Positions 37,801-48,630 of a DNA stretch of 51,061 nucleotides are shown piece after piece (position 1 is the first letter of the stretch; each line of letters starts with the position of its first letter). The position numbers and the translations under genes were made by a program. The stretch is from Chromera velia. Its lineage: Eukaryota. The stretch spans positions 1 to 51,061 of the forward strand of contig JAHBMJ010000302.1 in NCBI GenBank assembly GCA_018398765.1, given 5' to 3'. Below the pieces are notes generated by a model. It made no database searches and was not told where the DNA came from. It saw only the letters and a program-made list of their open reading frames with translations.

Positions 37801-38876
37801 ACGGGTTGAAGGACGCTCCCAGAAGGTATACGAAGTTCTTCAAAGAAGTCGTGGCAGCGAAGGAGGGATGGGCAGAGATAGCAGAAAGCATTCTTGTCAA
37901 GAAAGACAGAAAGGAGGATGCGTATGGTCTTCTGTTAATGCATGTCGATGACTTGTTTCTCTTTGCATCAGATGTATATGGAGAAGTCAGAAAGTTGCAG
38001 AAGCACATTCAGATGGATGATCCGGAGGTGATGGATGATGGTGAGTTGCATGCGTACACAGGTATGTCTGTGCGCATGGTTGGTTCCACCATGTTGTGGG
38101 ATCAGGGTCAGTATGCTGCGTCTCTTGTTCCGGGAAGGGAGGGAGAGATAAAGAAAGCAGTCAAGCTGACAGACAAAGATCTCCTTGTGTCAGCAGATGA
38201 AGAGATCGACATGTCTCTTCAAGAGCAGTATCAAAAGAAAGTCGGGAAGCTCGGTTGGTTGGTGAAGAGTCAGCCACATCTTTCTTTCCTATTTTCTGCT
38301 CTCTCGAAGAACAACTCTCATCCGTCTGCTCGTTCCCTTCGTGTGGTTAACAAGGCACTTGCTTATGCTCAGCAGATGCATCGTGCCCTTGAGTTGAAGG
38401 GATTGAAGGAAGAAGAGCATCCTGTCTTGGTGGGGTGGGTCGATGCATCCTACAAGTTGTCAGAGAAGACAGGGAGGAAGGGACTTGAATTCCAGATTGT
38501 GAGTCAGTCTGCCTTGAAGGACCTTTGTGCGCTTGGGTACGTAAATACGGTTGCATAGAGATCGAAAGGAGAAGGCAGGAAGCTTGGCAGTACCACTGCA
38601 GCTGAGCTTCTGGCTCTGAGAGATAGATGCAAGGAAGCATACCGGTACAGGCATTTATTGAAGAAGCTGTTCAGGTATGAGATTCCTGTCATAATGGTGA
38701 GTGATTCTCAGCCACTCATGTTTCAACTCGCGAGTGGCCAGTCCATGAGTGAGCCTCAATTTCAGGGGGAGCTTGATTACACTCATGAAATGATCAAAGA
38801 GTTGAACGCGAATGTGAAGTGGGTGCCTACAGGATCTCAGCATGCCGACAGATAGACTAAATTCCTGCATGTATGA
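34890..38876 (+). pseudogene. pol: pol (protease remnant, integrase, reverse transcriptase, RNase H) with frameshifts and stops
   Basis: LLHHRYSH...CPAC (HHCC); [26 protein letters not shown] (DDE integrase); [31 protein letters not shown] (RT); WVDASY, STTAAEL, SDSQP, HADR*TK (RNase H). Confidence 0.95.
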
Positions 38877-38944
38877 CTTGCCTGCTCTGCCTCTTACATG
38901 GATTGATTCATGTGTTTGATGTATGTCAATCTATGGGGGGTGAT

Positions 38945-39205
38945 TATGAAGTTGAGCAGGCGTGCATACGATCGAGAGACGGCACACGCCGGGACCGACA
39001 TGCCCTGGCCGGGCCCCAGACGCACGGCTTACTCGGATTCATATTGCAGAGTCGAATCAATTGTATCCGATTGATCATTTAAGATTGACTGACCTTTACA
39101 CAGAAGTCGGAATCAGCCGATCATTCCGACTTCCTTGACTGACAAACTTTCCTATGAAGTAGATGTCCCTTCCCTGATCGTAGCCTAAACCTCCTATATT
39201 CTACA
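38945..39205 (+). repeat. 3' LTR of copia element (TA...CA)
   Basis: Direct repeat of 32651-32911, followed by the TSD. Confidence 0.95.
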
Positions 39206-39325
39206 AGGGCGGGGTCTGATACCTCAGCTTAGGCTGGGGAACGCCCCGCCCTGCTAGCTCTGGCGATAGATAGACATAGCAGGAAGGCCCTAGGGTGGAA
39301 CATATCAATCAATCAATTAATCAAT
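39206..39325 (+). mobile_element. Short 3'-end copy of the ATCA-tailed LINE, into which the copia element inserted
   Basis: Near-identical to 5640-5755. Confidence 0.85.
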
Positions 39326-39479
39326 TTTATAAACATGGTCAAGCTTGTTGAAAAATTTAAAAAAACTGTTTAATACTGTTTAATCATTGCGATTATAGTT
39401 ATCATTCAAAATTAGAATAATAATTTCAATTATATCGATCGATTTTTTTTTTATGAAATCTCCTTTTAATATAACACTG

Positions 39480-39514
39480 ACACACAGACACACATAGAGA
39501 CACATACACCTAGC

Positions 39515-39557
<43 letters not shown>

Positions 39558-39830
39558 TACACACACACACACCTATAGACACACACATACACACACCTAG
39601 ACACACACACACACACACNNNNNNNNNNNNNNNNNNNNNNNNNNNNNNNNNNNNNNNNNNNNNNNNNNNNNNNNNNNNNNNNACACGCAGAGAGAGGGGG
39701 GGGGGGATAGGGATAGGGAAAGGCAGACAGACTTACAGAGAGGGAAGAGAAAGGGCAAGGGAGAGGGAGAGAGGGAGAGGGAGACAGAGAGAGGGGTGGG
39801 CGGGGTGGGGTGGGGGGGTGGGGGTGGGGG
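39480..39830. repeat. (CA)n microsatellite, N gap and G/GA-rich tract
   Basis: Directly visible. Confidence 0.9.
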
Positions 39831-40041
39831 GAACAGCACGTTACATCAGATAAAGAAGAAATGCTTCTCAACGTGTACTCAGTTGCAGTTCACAAAGTGT
39901 GTCTTCTCTCTCTCTCTCTCTCTCTTTTCTTTGTGATCCATTCCGTTCCCACATGCACCATGTCCGGCTTCTCTCTGTGCGAATCCAGGACGGCTGCATG
40001 GTCCCATCAACCTTCAATAAATGCAGAAGTAAACCGACTGA

Positions 40042-41511
40042 TCAAGGTTCACTTGCACCGATCTGGCTTTCACCCTCTTCTGGTACTGGAGCTAAAATTG
40101 GTTGGTTCTCACGGTTACTCGCTGAACCTCTCCCCCTCGCCCCTTTGTTGCATATTCTGCCCATCGACAAAGTCGACCCCACCCTTCCCTCTTCAGAGGC
40201 AGCAGCGCTCGACGTGTCACAGAATCGGAAGAAGGCCCACACAACAGCGGCACATGCACACACAAAGAGAATCAAGAATACAAGACACCAGACGTACAGT
40301 GGGGCGCCCAGCAGAGTGGGCTGTCTCAGTCTGTGGCTGGTGTCTTCCGACCAGAGCCTAATGTCGCTCCACATGCGCGCACTTGCACTTTTGCCGTGCT
40401 CAACGTGGTGGGAAACTGTCTTGACATCACCAACGCTGGAGGGAAGGGGACAAGCAGGCTGGCCGAAGCCGTGTAGTGCGTTATTTCTGAGGCGCTTGGC
40501 ACAGACGATGTTTCCGTCATCGGAGCACATGAACACCTCTTTATCTCCCCCCCCCCCGGAAAGAGGAACTATCGCTAGGCCCTCTGGGTCCTCTAGGCCG
40601 AGCTCTGTGTCGACTACTGTGACCGTCTTCTCATCGCTCTCTGCAAACGGATCAATGCGGAGAACGAGGTGTGCAGGTTGGGGGGAACCGGAGCCGGGTC
40701 GCTCGGCGAGGGCGAAAAGGCCGCCCTCTGAGAAACTGAGTGCCGACCCATGGAGACTGTGCTCGTGAAGGAGTTTAGTAAGAGGGGTGACGTGGGGATG
40801 GTCAGTCACCTGTCGAAGGGACACGTCTAGATAGCCTTGAGGGTTCTCGACTGCCCCTGTCTCCTGTCCTTTAGGGGGGAGTTTGTAGATATACAGATCT
40901 GCAGTAGCCTCGCTGGATGCGTAGAACAAGCCAGAGGCAAGAAAAGCATCATCATCTCCCGACTCCGGGGTCTCCCCGGTCTTGGAGGGGACGAAGGCGA
41001 GTCCCTCCAGTCCCATGTTTGCACTTTCAGAGGGGAAGTCCTCCAAGACAAAACGTCTCTCGAGCCGTCCCGTCTCCCAGTTGTACTCCAAAATACTGCA
41101 GGGATACGATTCGACCCCGATATACAGATGGGAACTTGCAGAGTGCGTTTTCGTGACTGCCTCCAGGTCCATGAAAGTGCCTGTTTCGTAATTTTTAAGT
41201 GTTTGGTCCACCGTGGCCTCGTGTGTCTGCCTGTTGAATTCGATCACCGAACCCTGCAAAAAGGATACACGATTCACGGTCAAGTGTTGTTTCCATAAAC
41301 AGCGAGTATCGTTTGAACGACCCCCACCTACCGAGTCCGACACGATATAGATGACCCGACTGTCTGCCCAGAGGCCGGAGGGTTCCATTGAGGGCCCGAT
41401 CCGATCAAGAGTCATGCAACAAGGCGAAGTTCCACTGCACACTCCTAGGAGAGTGGCAGCAAAGAGGAGACAGCCACTGATGCTCATGGCTGCTGTTCTC
41501 AGTCCACTCAT
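40042..41511 (-). CDS. Type I membrane protein with SdiA-regulated/YjiK-like beta-propeller ectodomain
   Basis: Hydrophobic N-terminal signal; EPSGL...IYIVSD, DLEAVT...LYIGVE, NMGLEGLAF and DPEGLAI blade motifs; C-terminal TM helix. A likely in-frame 78-nt GT-AG intron lies at 41331-41254. Confidence 0.7.
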   Translation of the reverse strand: MSGLRTAAMSISGCLLFAATLLGVCSGTSPCCMTLDRIGPSMEPSGLWADSRVIYIVSDSVGGGRSNDTRCLWKQHLTVNRVSFLQGSVIEFNRQTHEATVDQTLKNYETGTFMDLEAVTKTHSASSHLYIGVESYPCSILEYNWETGRLERRFVLEDFPSESANMGLEGLAFVPSKTGETPESGDDDAFLASGLFYASSEATADLYIYKLPPKGQETGAVENPQGYLDVSLRQVTDHPHVTPLTKLLHEHSLHGSALSFSEGGLFALAERPGSGSPQPAHLVLRIDPFAESDEKTVTVVDTELGLEDPEGLAIVPLSGGGGDKEVFMCSDDGNIVCAKRLRNNALHGFGQPACPLPSSVGDVKTVSHHVEHGKSASARMWSDIRLWSEDTSHRLRQPTLLGAPLYVWCLVFLILFVCACAAVVWAFFRFCDTSSAAASEEGRVGSTLSMGRICNKGARGRGSASNRENQPILAPVPEEGESQIGASEP

Positions 41512-42074
41512 TTTTTGGAAAGCAGCAACTATGTACAGACCACTTCCAGTGGGTACTCTATGGGTGCTCTCGATCTGCATGCACACCCTCTGGAATATTT
41601 TGGAATTGAAGAAAGTCTGTGGACACTGGACATCTGATGGACATCTGTGCCAGGAGGCCCGCAATTAATGACTGCATGTCTTTTGATCATTTCTGATATT
41701 TTCTGATCGATCAATCATGCATGCAGATTCGATCAGCGACTGCAGCAGCAACACGTACTGCTCGCGGACGCAACCGGCTCCTTTTATTATTAAGAGTCCT
41801 TTATGTAGCTCCAGAATATTTTCGCTCACACTCAGTGTGCGACAGACTGGCACAAATTTTTTGTAGGTCCCTGTTCGAACTGCCAATATATTAATATTAT
41901 CGTCGAAGAGATTCGAAGACGGCCTTCCGATGCTTGAATCGCTCTGAATGAAGGCACGGCAGAGTCCGACAGACACGATCTGAAAAAAATATATCACAGG
42001 ATCCAAATGCAACTGGCGGAAGGCTTCTAACGGGAGTGTTTGTGGGCATTGCGCGACGGCGACCGCTTCCAAAG

Positions 42075-43600
42075 ATGAGCAACAGCCGAGTCGCTCCTCA
42101 AGAGGGAGGAGTCCAACAAAGTCTCCTGGCAGAGAGCGGTGAAGCTGAAAGTGAAGACACTCCCTGCTCGGAACAGGAGGAAGATGAACGAATATGCACT
42201 CCAGACAGGATCGCAGTTTTGGTCATTCTTGTAGTCATTGTTTCGTGTGTGGTGGCAGATTCGATCTGTTGCGGGAATTTGCTTCAGTTTGCAAAAGATC
42301 TCACCCACTGGGTTTCTTCTGCTGGGATTCTGGGGGTCGTCCTGTGTGCAGGAGTACGCGCGATGTGCATCGTGCTCTTTCTTCCAGCATGGCCTGTGCT
42401 TCTGGCCGCTGCTGCAGCTTTCAGTAAGGAGTACGGACAGCTGACAGGTGGGGAGATCTGCATCACAGAAATCGTTTCAGAAAGATAGGCGATTGCTCAC
42501 AGAGCAAGACATGTCTGTCTTCAGATTGAAATGCTCGCTTGCTCCGACTTTCATGTGTGTCGCAGCCTTCTTTGTTTCTTCGGCATCGGTCTTTGCTGCG
42601 GACGTTGTCGCCACACAACTGGTAGGTGAAGGGGGGAAATCGGGGAGAATGCCGAGGTATGCAACAGACTGGATTTGTGCTTTTTCTCCGACTTCCAGCT
42701 TGACAGGCAAGCGAATCTAGAGGACGGGAGGAGAGGGCAGTGGGCAGAAAGGAACCGGAGTGAAAAACAGACAGAAAGAGGGGACTAAGCATACGGAGAG
42801 CCGGAGACGGACAATGAGGTTGGAAGAGGTTTACTAGAACGGTCAAACGAAACAAAGATGACAACACTCAAAACGATAATCAAGGAAAGATTAGATACAT
42901 GCTTTGGTTTCTGGAGGGAGAGAGAGAGAGCAAGAGTATGCCATGGACGAGGGCCTGTCAGAGTCCCGGCAAAGGTATTTCTACCGCCCCCCCTCTTTAT
43001 TGGCTGTCTTTCCTCTTTCCTTAAAGTCCCGGAATTTTCTTTTTTTCGTTTTGCAGATGTTCTTCATAGGCCGCTTCATGCTGGAGCGCCCAATGAGGAG
43101 ACTAATGAAAAAGAACGCCACTTTGTACTGGTCAGTGAAGATTTGTGTGTAAGTCACATCCTCTTCTGGATTGATTTTATGTCTAAATGACTGAAGAAGA
43201 TCGCAATTCTGTAGCTGTTGAAAGCAGAAAGGAGGGTCCTTCCCTCTCAGTGTATCCCTTCCTCACTCTCTTTCTCTCTGCCGTCTGCTCCCCCTCTTGT
43301 GCTGTCTACCTGCCTAGCTGCTTGTATGCGTGCCACTTTATGGTCTTTCGGGCTCTCATCTTCCTTCATTCCCTTCCTCTCACCCTCATATTCCCTCCCC
43401 CGGATTTCTTTCTTTCAGGCTTGACAAGGCGATCGAGCATAAGGGACTGCGCATTTGTTTTTTGGCCCGTATGAATCCGGAATTTATTACTGTGGCTTCG
43501 TACGGATTTGGGGCAACACACATCCAGTCAGTCAGCCTCTTTTCTCTCGCCACATGCCCATCCCTCTCTGTCGCGCTCCTCCAACATCTTGTGGTCCCTT

Positions 43601-43635
<35 letters not shown>

Positions 43636-43651
43636 GAAGAAGAAACATATA

Positions 43652-43685
<34 letters not shown>

Positions 43686-45728
43686 GTTTCTTTCTTTCTT
43701 TCTTTTCTCTCTCTCTTTCTTTCTTTCTTTCCTTCCTTCCTTCCTTCCTTTCTTTCTTTCTTTCTTTCTTTCTTTTGGTCTGTTATGTACATGAAGAAAA
43801 GAAGGGAGAAGAAGAAACATACAGCCTGTCTGTCTGTCTGTCTGTCTCTGTCTCTGTCTGTCTCTGCCTGTCTCTGTCTCTGTCTGTCTCTGTCTGTCTT
43901 TGTCTGTCTCTGTCTCTGTTCTGTCTGTCTCTGTCTGTCTGTCTCTGTCTGTCTCTGTCTGTCTCTGTCTGTCTCTGTCTGTCTATCTGTCTGTCTGTTT
44001 GGAAGAAAGAAAGCGAAAAAGTAAAGACGATATAAGTCTGTCTGTCTGTCTGTTTTTTCCTCTCTTGCTTGTCGCTCTGTCTCTGTGTGTCTCGAGAATC
44101 TCCGACCCTCTTTCTAGCACTCTCGATCCTTGTACATCCCTCCCCGTAACACCAAACTGTTGGGCGCTGCATGTGAGGGGGGAGTGGTCAGCTGTTGGGG
44201 CGCGTTTGGTTGATCAGTAGAATGTAGAAAGGATCGGCGTAGAGGGAGAAGAGGACCATGTGACGTCTTTTTTTTATGAACGTCCGGTGGCGTCGTTCGG
44301 ACGCTGAACGAGGAACGGAGAGCTTCATGCATGCAGTTGCCGCCTTCTCCCCTTGCGAACACACATGTGGATGTGCGACAGAACGACGCAGTGCTTTGCT
44401 TTGTCTGACCTTTCAGATCGAACAATGAACACTTCTGTGCCTGAACTGAAAACTGAAGGCGCTCTGCAGTGAAACTGGGGTTTTGTTCGGGCCTCGCATT
44501 CTTCGCTTTACACTGTTCTCTCATCGATTTTGCCTTCACTCTTTGCCCATAACTGCAGCTGGAGCGACTACACGATAGGAACGTTGGGAGACCTCGTTGG
44601 CGTGTTTGGATACTCGTACATCGGGGTTGTGCTGGGGGGGGGGCATGCAAAACCTGGGGAGGGGTCGGGACGTCAAAGCGCCGCCATGGTCGGTCCGTCT
44701 CTTTTTTGGTTTTGTTCTTTTTGTGGAAGTATACATCGAGCTCTGATGATTTTGTCGCTGTATGTTTCTCCTTATGGTCGAATCATCGGTCTGTGGATGG
44801 TTGGCTGCTTTCTTGCCCTTCTCCAGCTGCTTTCATTGTCAATCGTTTCTCGTATTGGGAGGCTGTTCGAGGTCCTGTCCTTGCCTTTCAATGACACAGA
44901 GCTGCTTCGAATCCAAGAAAAGAAGTGTGGCCTGCTCGCCTGGCTGACAGGTCGCTTGCACGCGTCATGAGGTGCAGAACTTCCTCCTCTCATATCTTCC
45001 TCCCTCGCTTCTTCCCCTGTTCATGTTACGTTCCCCTCCTCGCACAGGTCAAATGGATAGTTCTGGGTGCCTCTGTCCTGATCACCGTCGTTCTTGTGAT
45101 TCTGATCACACATCAAGTGAAGAAGGAAATGGAGGTTTGTGAGTGTCCGCGTGCATCTTCCCTCCATTATATTTTTTAGTCTCCCTAGCGGGATGTGGGA
45201 ATGCTTCTGCTAGAGAAGCGTGTCAGACATAAGATGGCTTTCCCAGAAAGTATCAAAACGACAAAACGAGCATTGCGCCGGTCTCACTCTAACTGTTTTG
45301 AGTTGTATTTCGCTTATTTTTCTTTTCATCCGATGATCTCTGTGGTGTTTGCTGTCTTCCTTCACGGCCATGGAGGAGCAACGCAGATTTCTTTTCCTCC
45401 ATTCGCTTTTTGTGCCCGTGCATTTTCTCCATCGGCTGGCTGTCTCCTCGATGATCCATGTCCCTGTTGCTCATTTATCCTTACGCTCTCTCTCTTCTTC
45501 AATCCGCAGGTGATCGCACTGGAGGAGAGGCAAAGGACACACGCGAACTTGGGGGCTCTAGCCGACAGCGGCACAACGGAAGACAGTAGGGAACAAGCAG
45601 GGGGTGCAGGCGTGGAAGCAGCAGAAGATGGACGTGCACCTTCTGGGCGGCAGCCGCAGCCGCAGGGTGATCGGACGTCGGCAGAGAACGGGGGCGGAGC
45701 AGGTGACCAAGTCAACGGATCAAGCTAA
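42075..45728 (+). CDS. TVP38/TMEM64-family (DedA/VTT, SNARE-associated Golgi) membrane protein, 7 exons
   Basis: Exons 42075-42447, 42566-42621, 43057-43129, 43419-43525, 44559-about 44688, 45048-45134 and 45510-45728 join in frame. Motifs: IVLFLP...[37 protein letters not shown]...YTIGT. Confidence 0.88.
43600..44060. repeat. (CTGT)n/(CTTT)n/(CTGTCT)n compound microsatellite in an intron
   Basis: Directly visible. Confidence 0.95.
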
Positions 45729-45829
45729 CATTTGTTGGAGTCTGAGGGCATGCATGCATTGCTTCTGTCTCTTGTAGGATTGGCTTGCGTTGACACCAGC
45801 GATTTTCCTTAGGATTTTCCGCGGGTTTA

Positions 45830-46410
45830 CTCTAATTACTTTCAATTACTCTAATATAATTTGCTTTAAATTGCTAGTTAAACTGCTTAGCTAAATTACT
45901 TTAAGCTACTCAACTGGAGTGCTGAAAATTGCTACTAAAATTGCAGGGTAAATAAACTAGTAGATAAACTAGTAAATAAAGTTTAATTAATAAGCATTTA
46001 ACCTAAATGTGATACCTAGTGAACTACAATCTGCCTTGCATATCGTGACTTGCCGAATCTTATAGACGCCTTCTATGGGCCGATGGCGATGACGTATAAT
46101 CATGATGATGATGATACGTAAAATAGAAGATGCCACTAGACTCGAGTGACTAGAAATGCCAGTGTTAATTTTAAATTGGAATTTGAGAAATTGATTTCCT
46201 AATTAGAAATCACATACGTTTTAAATTTAGAAATCAATTAGAGCATCATCCTAGGTATCATCTATAAAATATCATCATTATCATCATCTTGCAGCGTGAC
46301 CTAGAGGCTAGAGCGTGACACTCGTCCTATTTTTAGACTTTTATATTAGCGTTCGCCGTTTGCCATTGATGATAACATACGAGGCAGTTCGGCTAGCAGT
46401 TCGGTTGTGA
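45830..46410. other. AT/TpA-rich island, probable decayed repeat
   Basis: Compositional shift with many CTAG/TAA words and (GAT)n/(ATC)n runs. Confidence 0.5.
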
Positions 46411-46600
46411 TGATGATGATCTCTTTCCTCTTCAAACTGTTAAAGTCGCGAGCACTGACCAGATTGGTCCTTTTTCGAATTTCTTACTCGTTCTGTGATG
46501 GGACTTCGACTTGAAAAACGTATCCCTCGTTTCTTAGACAGTCTCCAACCAGCATAGACCTGTTCTTGCATCTGTTGTGCCCTGACTAGTCTCATTCCCG

Positions 46601-48022
46601 ATGTTGGACAAGAGTAGAGACTCGAATAAAGCAGGAAGAAAGGGCAGCGGAGAAAATGACGACGTCATTAACCGTGCTGCAACGGCTGTAGCAACAGCCG
46701 TCTCCAACACCCTCATCCCAAAATTCACAGAGATCACCATCGCACTTGAAGGTCTCCGTCTCAGTGCCATCTCCAGAGACGAGGCTGTGACTCTGATTGG
46801 GCAAGCTGAGCAGAGGGTTGAGGTCAGGCTCGACCAGGTAGAAATGATCGTTGAGGAAGAGAGGGTGCTTACACTCCTGGAGTGGGTTAAAAAGGAGAAA
46901 GCACTCGACCATGCCAAGAGGGGTACGGTGGTGGTAAAACATCTCCCCTTTGGCCTGTGTTTCACAAGGGACGACCTCAAAGCAGCAGAGTCTCTCGGTG
47001 CCTTCATAGAGGGCGAGTGGAAGCGGCAAAAGAAATTCTCACAGGAGCTGTACCCCTATTCCCCCCTCCGTCGCTGCCTCTCAATGCTCGGAGGTGTATC
47101 GTCTGGAGAGCCAAACATAGATGGGTCATGGGGCATGAGCTGGAGAATCGAGTCTTTTTTCTATAGAAGCACCATGGACATGCGGGGGGAGCCCTCACAT
47201 ACCGGTGAACTCAAACTCACCCCAGGCGATGCAGCCGCCCTACTGTCAGTATACGACGAGGCCCGCAATAGACTAGGGATTGAAGAGGGGAGACCTCTCC
47301 CCCTCTCCCTCCCTACGGATACCAAGATTCTGAACCAAAAAATCGTAATGCACCCAGGTGCCTCCCCCCTCTTCCGTTTCTTTGGAAAGGTTGATAGAGC
47401 GACCCGAGCGGTGGAGGGAGGGTTTGCAACCGAAGCACAGCAGAATTTGAAAGACCGGTACCATGTTGTTGTGCAGGACTTTCGAAAGGTCACCGGCCCC
47501 ACTAGTACCAGAGTAGCAGGACTGACCGTGCGACTCCGGCAGTTCTCGGCTGACTGGAGATTGGGGAGAATTGAGGGGTCTCGGGCCCCAGACCTTGGGG
47601 CGGGGGGCATGGTCGAGCCCGACGCACCGAGACAGGTCGACCTGGGGGTGTGCCTGCGTAGAACACACGACGAGGCGAACGGTAACCCCGGCACTGCAGA
47701 GCAGACCCACAGACATAGACAACGAATGCAAAGGGGTGAGGCAGGCGGAGTGAGGCGGGGACTCCTGTTTGGCCCCCAGCAGCAGCAGCGTACTGATGGG
47801 TGGGGGGGCCTTTTTAGAGTTCTGAACACAGCGCCTTCCCGGCAGGGGGGACCGATCCAGGGAGGGGAAAATGGGGATGCTATGGCAGACGTTCAGTCCC
47901 CAGTAAACCCAGCACAAACTGATGAAGAGGGGTGGGAGAGTAGGGTGGCCGAGTTCAATAGAGTCGATAGACCAGCGGGAAACTCGGGGGAAGGGGAAGG
48001 GAGGGCCGGTCCCTCCCAGTAG
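46601..48022 (+). CDS. Intronless 473-aa ORF resembling non-LTR retrotransposon ORF1 (coiled coil plus RRM-like start)
   Basis: Predicted coiled coil (AEQRVEVRLDQVEMIVEEER) followed by LDHAKRGTVVVKHLP, similar in pattern to the L1-type LENRSRRNNxRxxGxP motif. Intronless in an intron-rich genome. The assignment is inference. Confidence 0.45.
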   Translation: MLDKSRDSNKAGRKGSGENDDVINRAATAVATAVSNTLIPKFTEITIALEGLRLSAISRDEAVTLIGQAEQRVEVRLDQVEMIVEEERVLTLLEWVKKEKALDHAKRGTVVVKHLPFGLCFTRDDLKAAESLGAFIEGEWKRQKKFSQELYPYSPLRRCLSMLGGVSSGEPNIDGSWGMSWRIESFFYRSTMDMRGEPSHTGELKLTPGDAAALLSVYDEARNRLGIEEGRPLPLSLPTDTKILNQKIVMHPGASPLFRFFGKVDRATRAVEGGFATEAQQNLKDRYHVVVQDFRKVTGPTSTRVAGLTVRLRQFSADWRLGRIEGSRAPDLGAGGMVEPDAPRQVDLGVCLRRTHDEANGNPGTAEQTHRHRQRMQRGEAGGVRRGLLFGPQQQQRTDGWGGLFRVLNTAPSRQGGPIQGGENGDAMADVQSPVNPAQTDEEGWESRVAEFNRVDRPAGNSGEGEGRAGPSQ

Positions 48023-48630
48023 CCGACGTGGCAGAGGGAGGGGGGGAGAGCAGGGTACCCCTCTCCTGCAGATTCGACCCTGCATCACGGCAGTTTTGGG
48101 GACCTCTGCCGGAACAAAAGGTCCCACCCGGGGGCCCCCCGCCTTCGTCTCCATCTCCAGTCCGCCCGTCCGTTTTCCTCCCCCCGATTTCATCAGTCTG
48201 TACCGTGGGAAGTCTTGGGAGGCCCTTGCCGGAGAGGCCCTCGTTGTTTACTTTTTCTTGTGGAGGCAGAGAAGAGGAACTGAAGACACATAATCGAAAT
48301 TCGAGTGGCCAGCAGCCTCCCAACAATACGAACCGTCCCCCTCAAGTAGAATGGGAGGCGCAGGCCTGGTCTGTTTCTAACTCCCCCCTGCCACCAATCT
48401 CTCGCTCTCTCCCCCTCTCCTCTCGTGTCCACTGTGCTCCTTTAATGCCCTTATCTCCCTTTTGCATCCCCCCAAGTTGCCAACCACTTATCTCTTACTC
48501 GGACAGGTTTGATGAGAAAGGAAGACAGTCAGTGAGCCAGCCGAACTACATAAATAAATGAAAGCTCATATGGGCCTGCCCTCTCTCTCCTGCTCTCTAC
48601 GCAAGGACTTCAAACGACGGAACTGACAAA

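Larger units (their letters stand above)
32651..39205 (+). mobile_element. Full-length, decayed Ty1/copia LTR retrotransposon (6555 bp)
   Basis: 261-bp LTRs at 32651-32911 and 38945-39205. Perfect 5-bp TSD AGGGC (32646-32650, 39206-39210). G-rich PPT at 38935-38943. Domain order is gag, IN, RT, RH. Confidence 0.97.
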
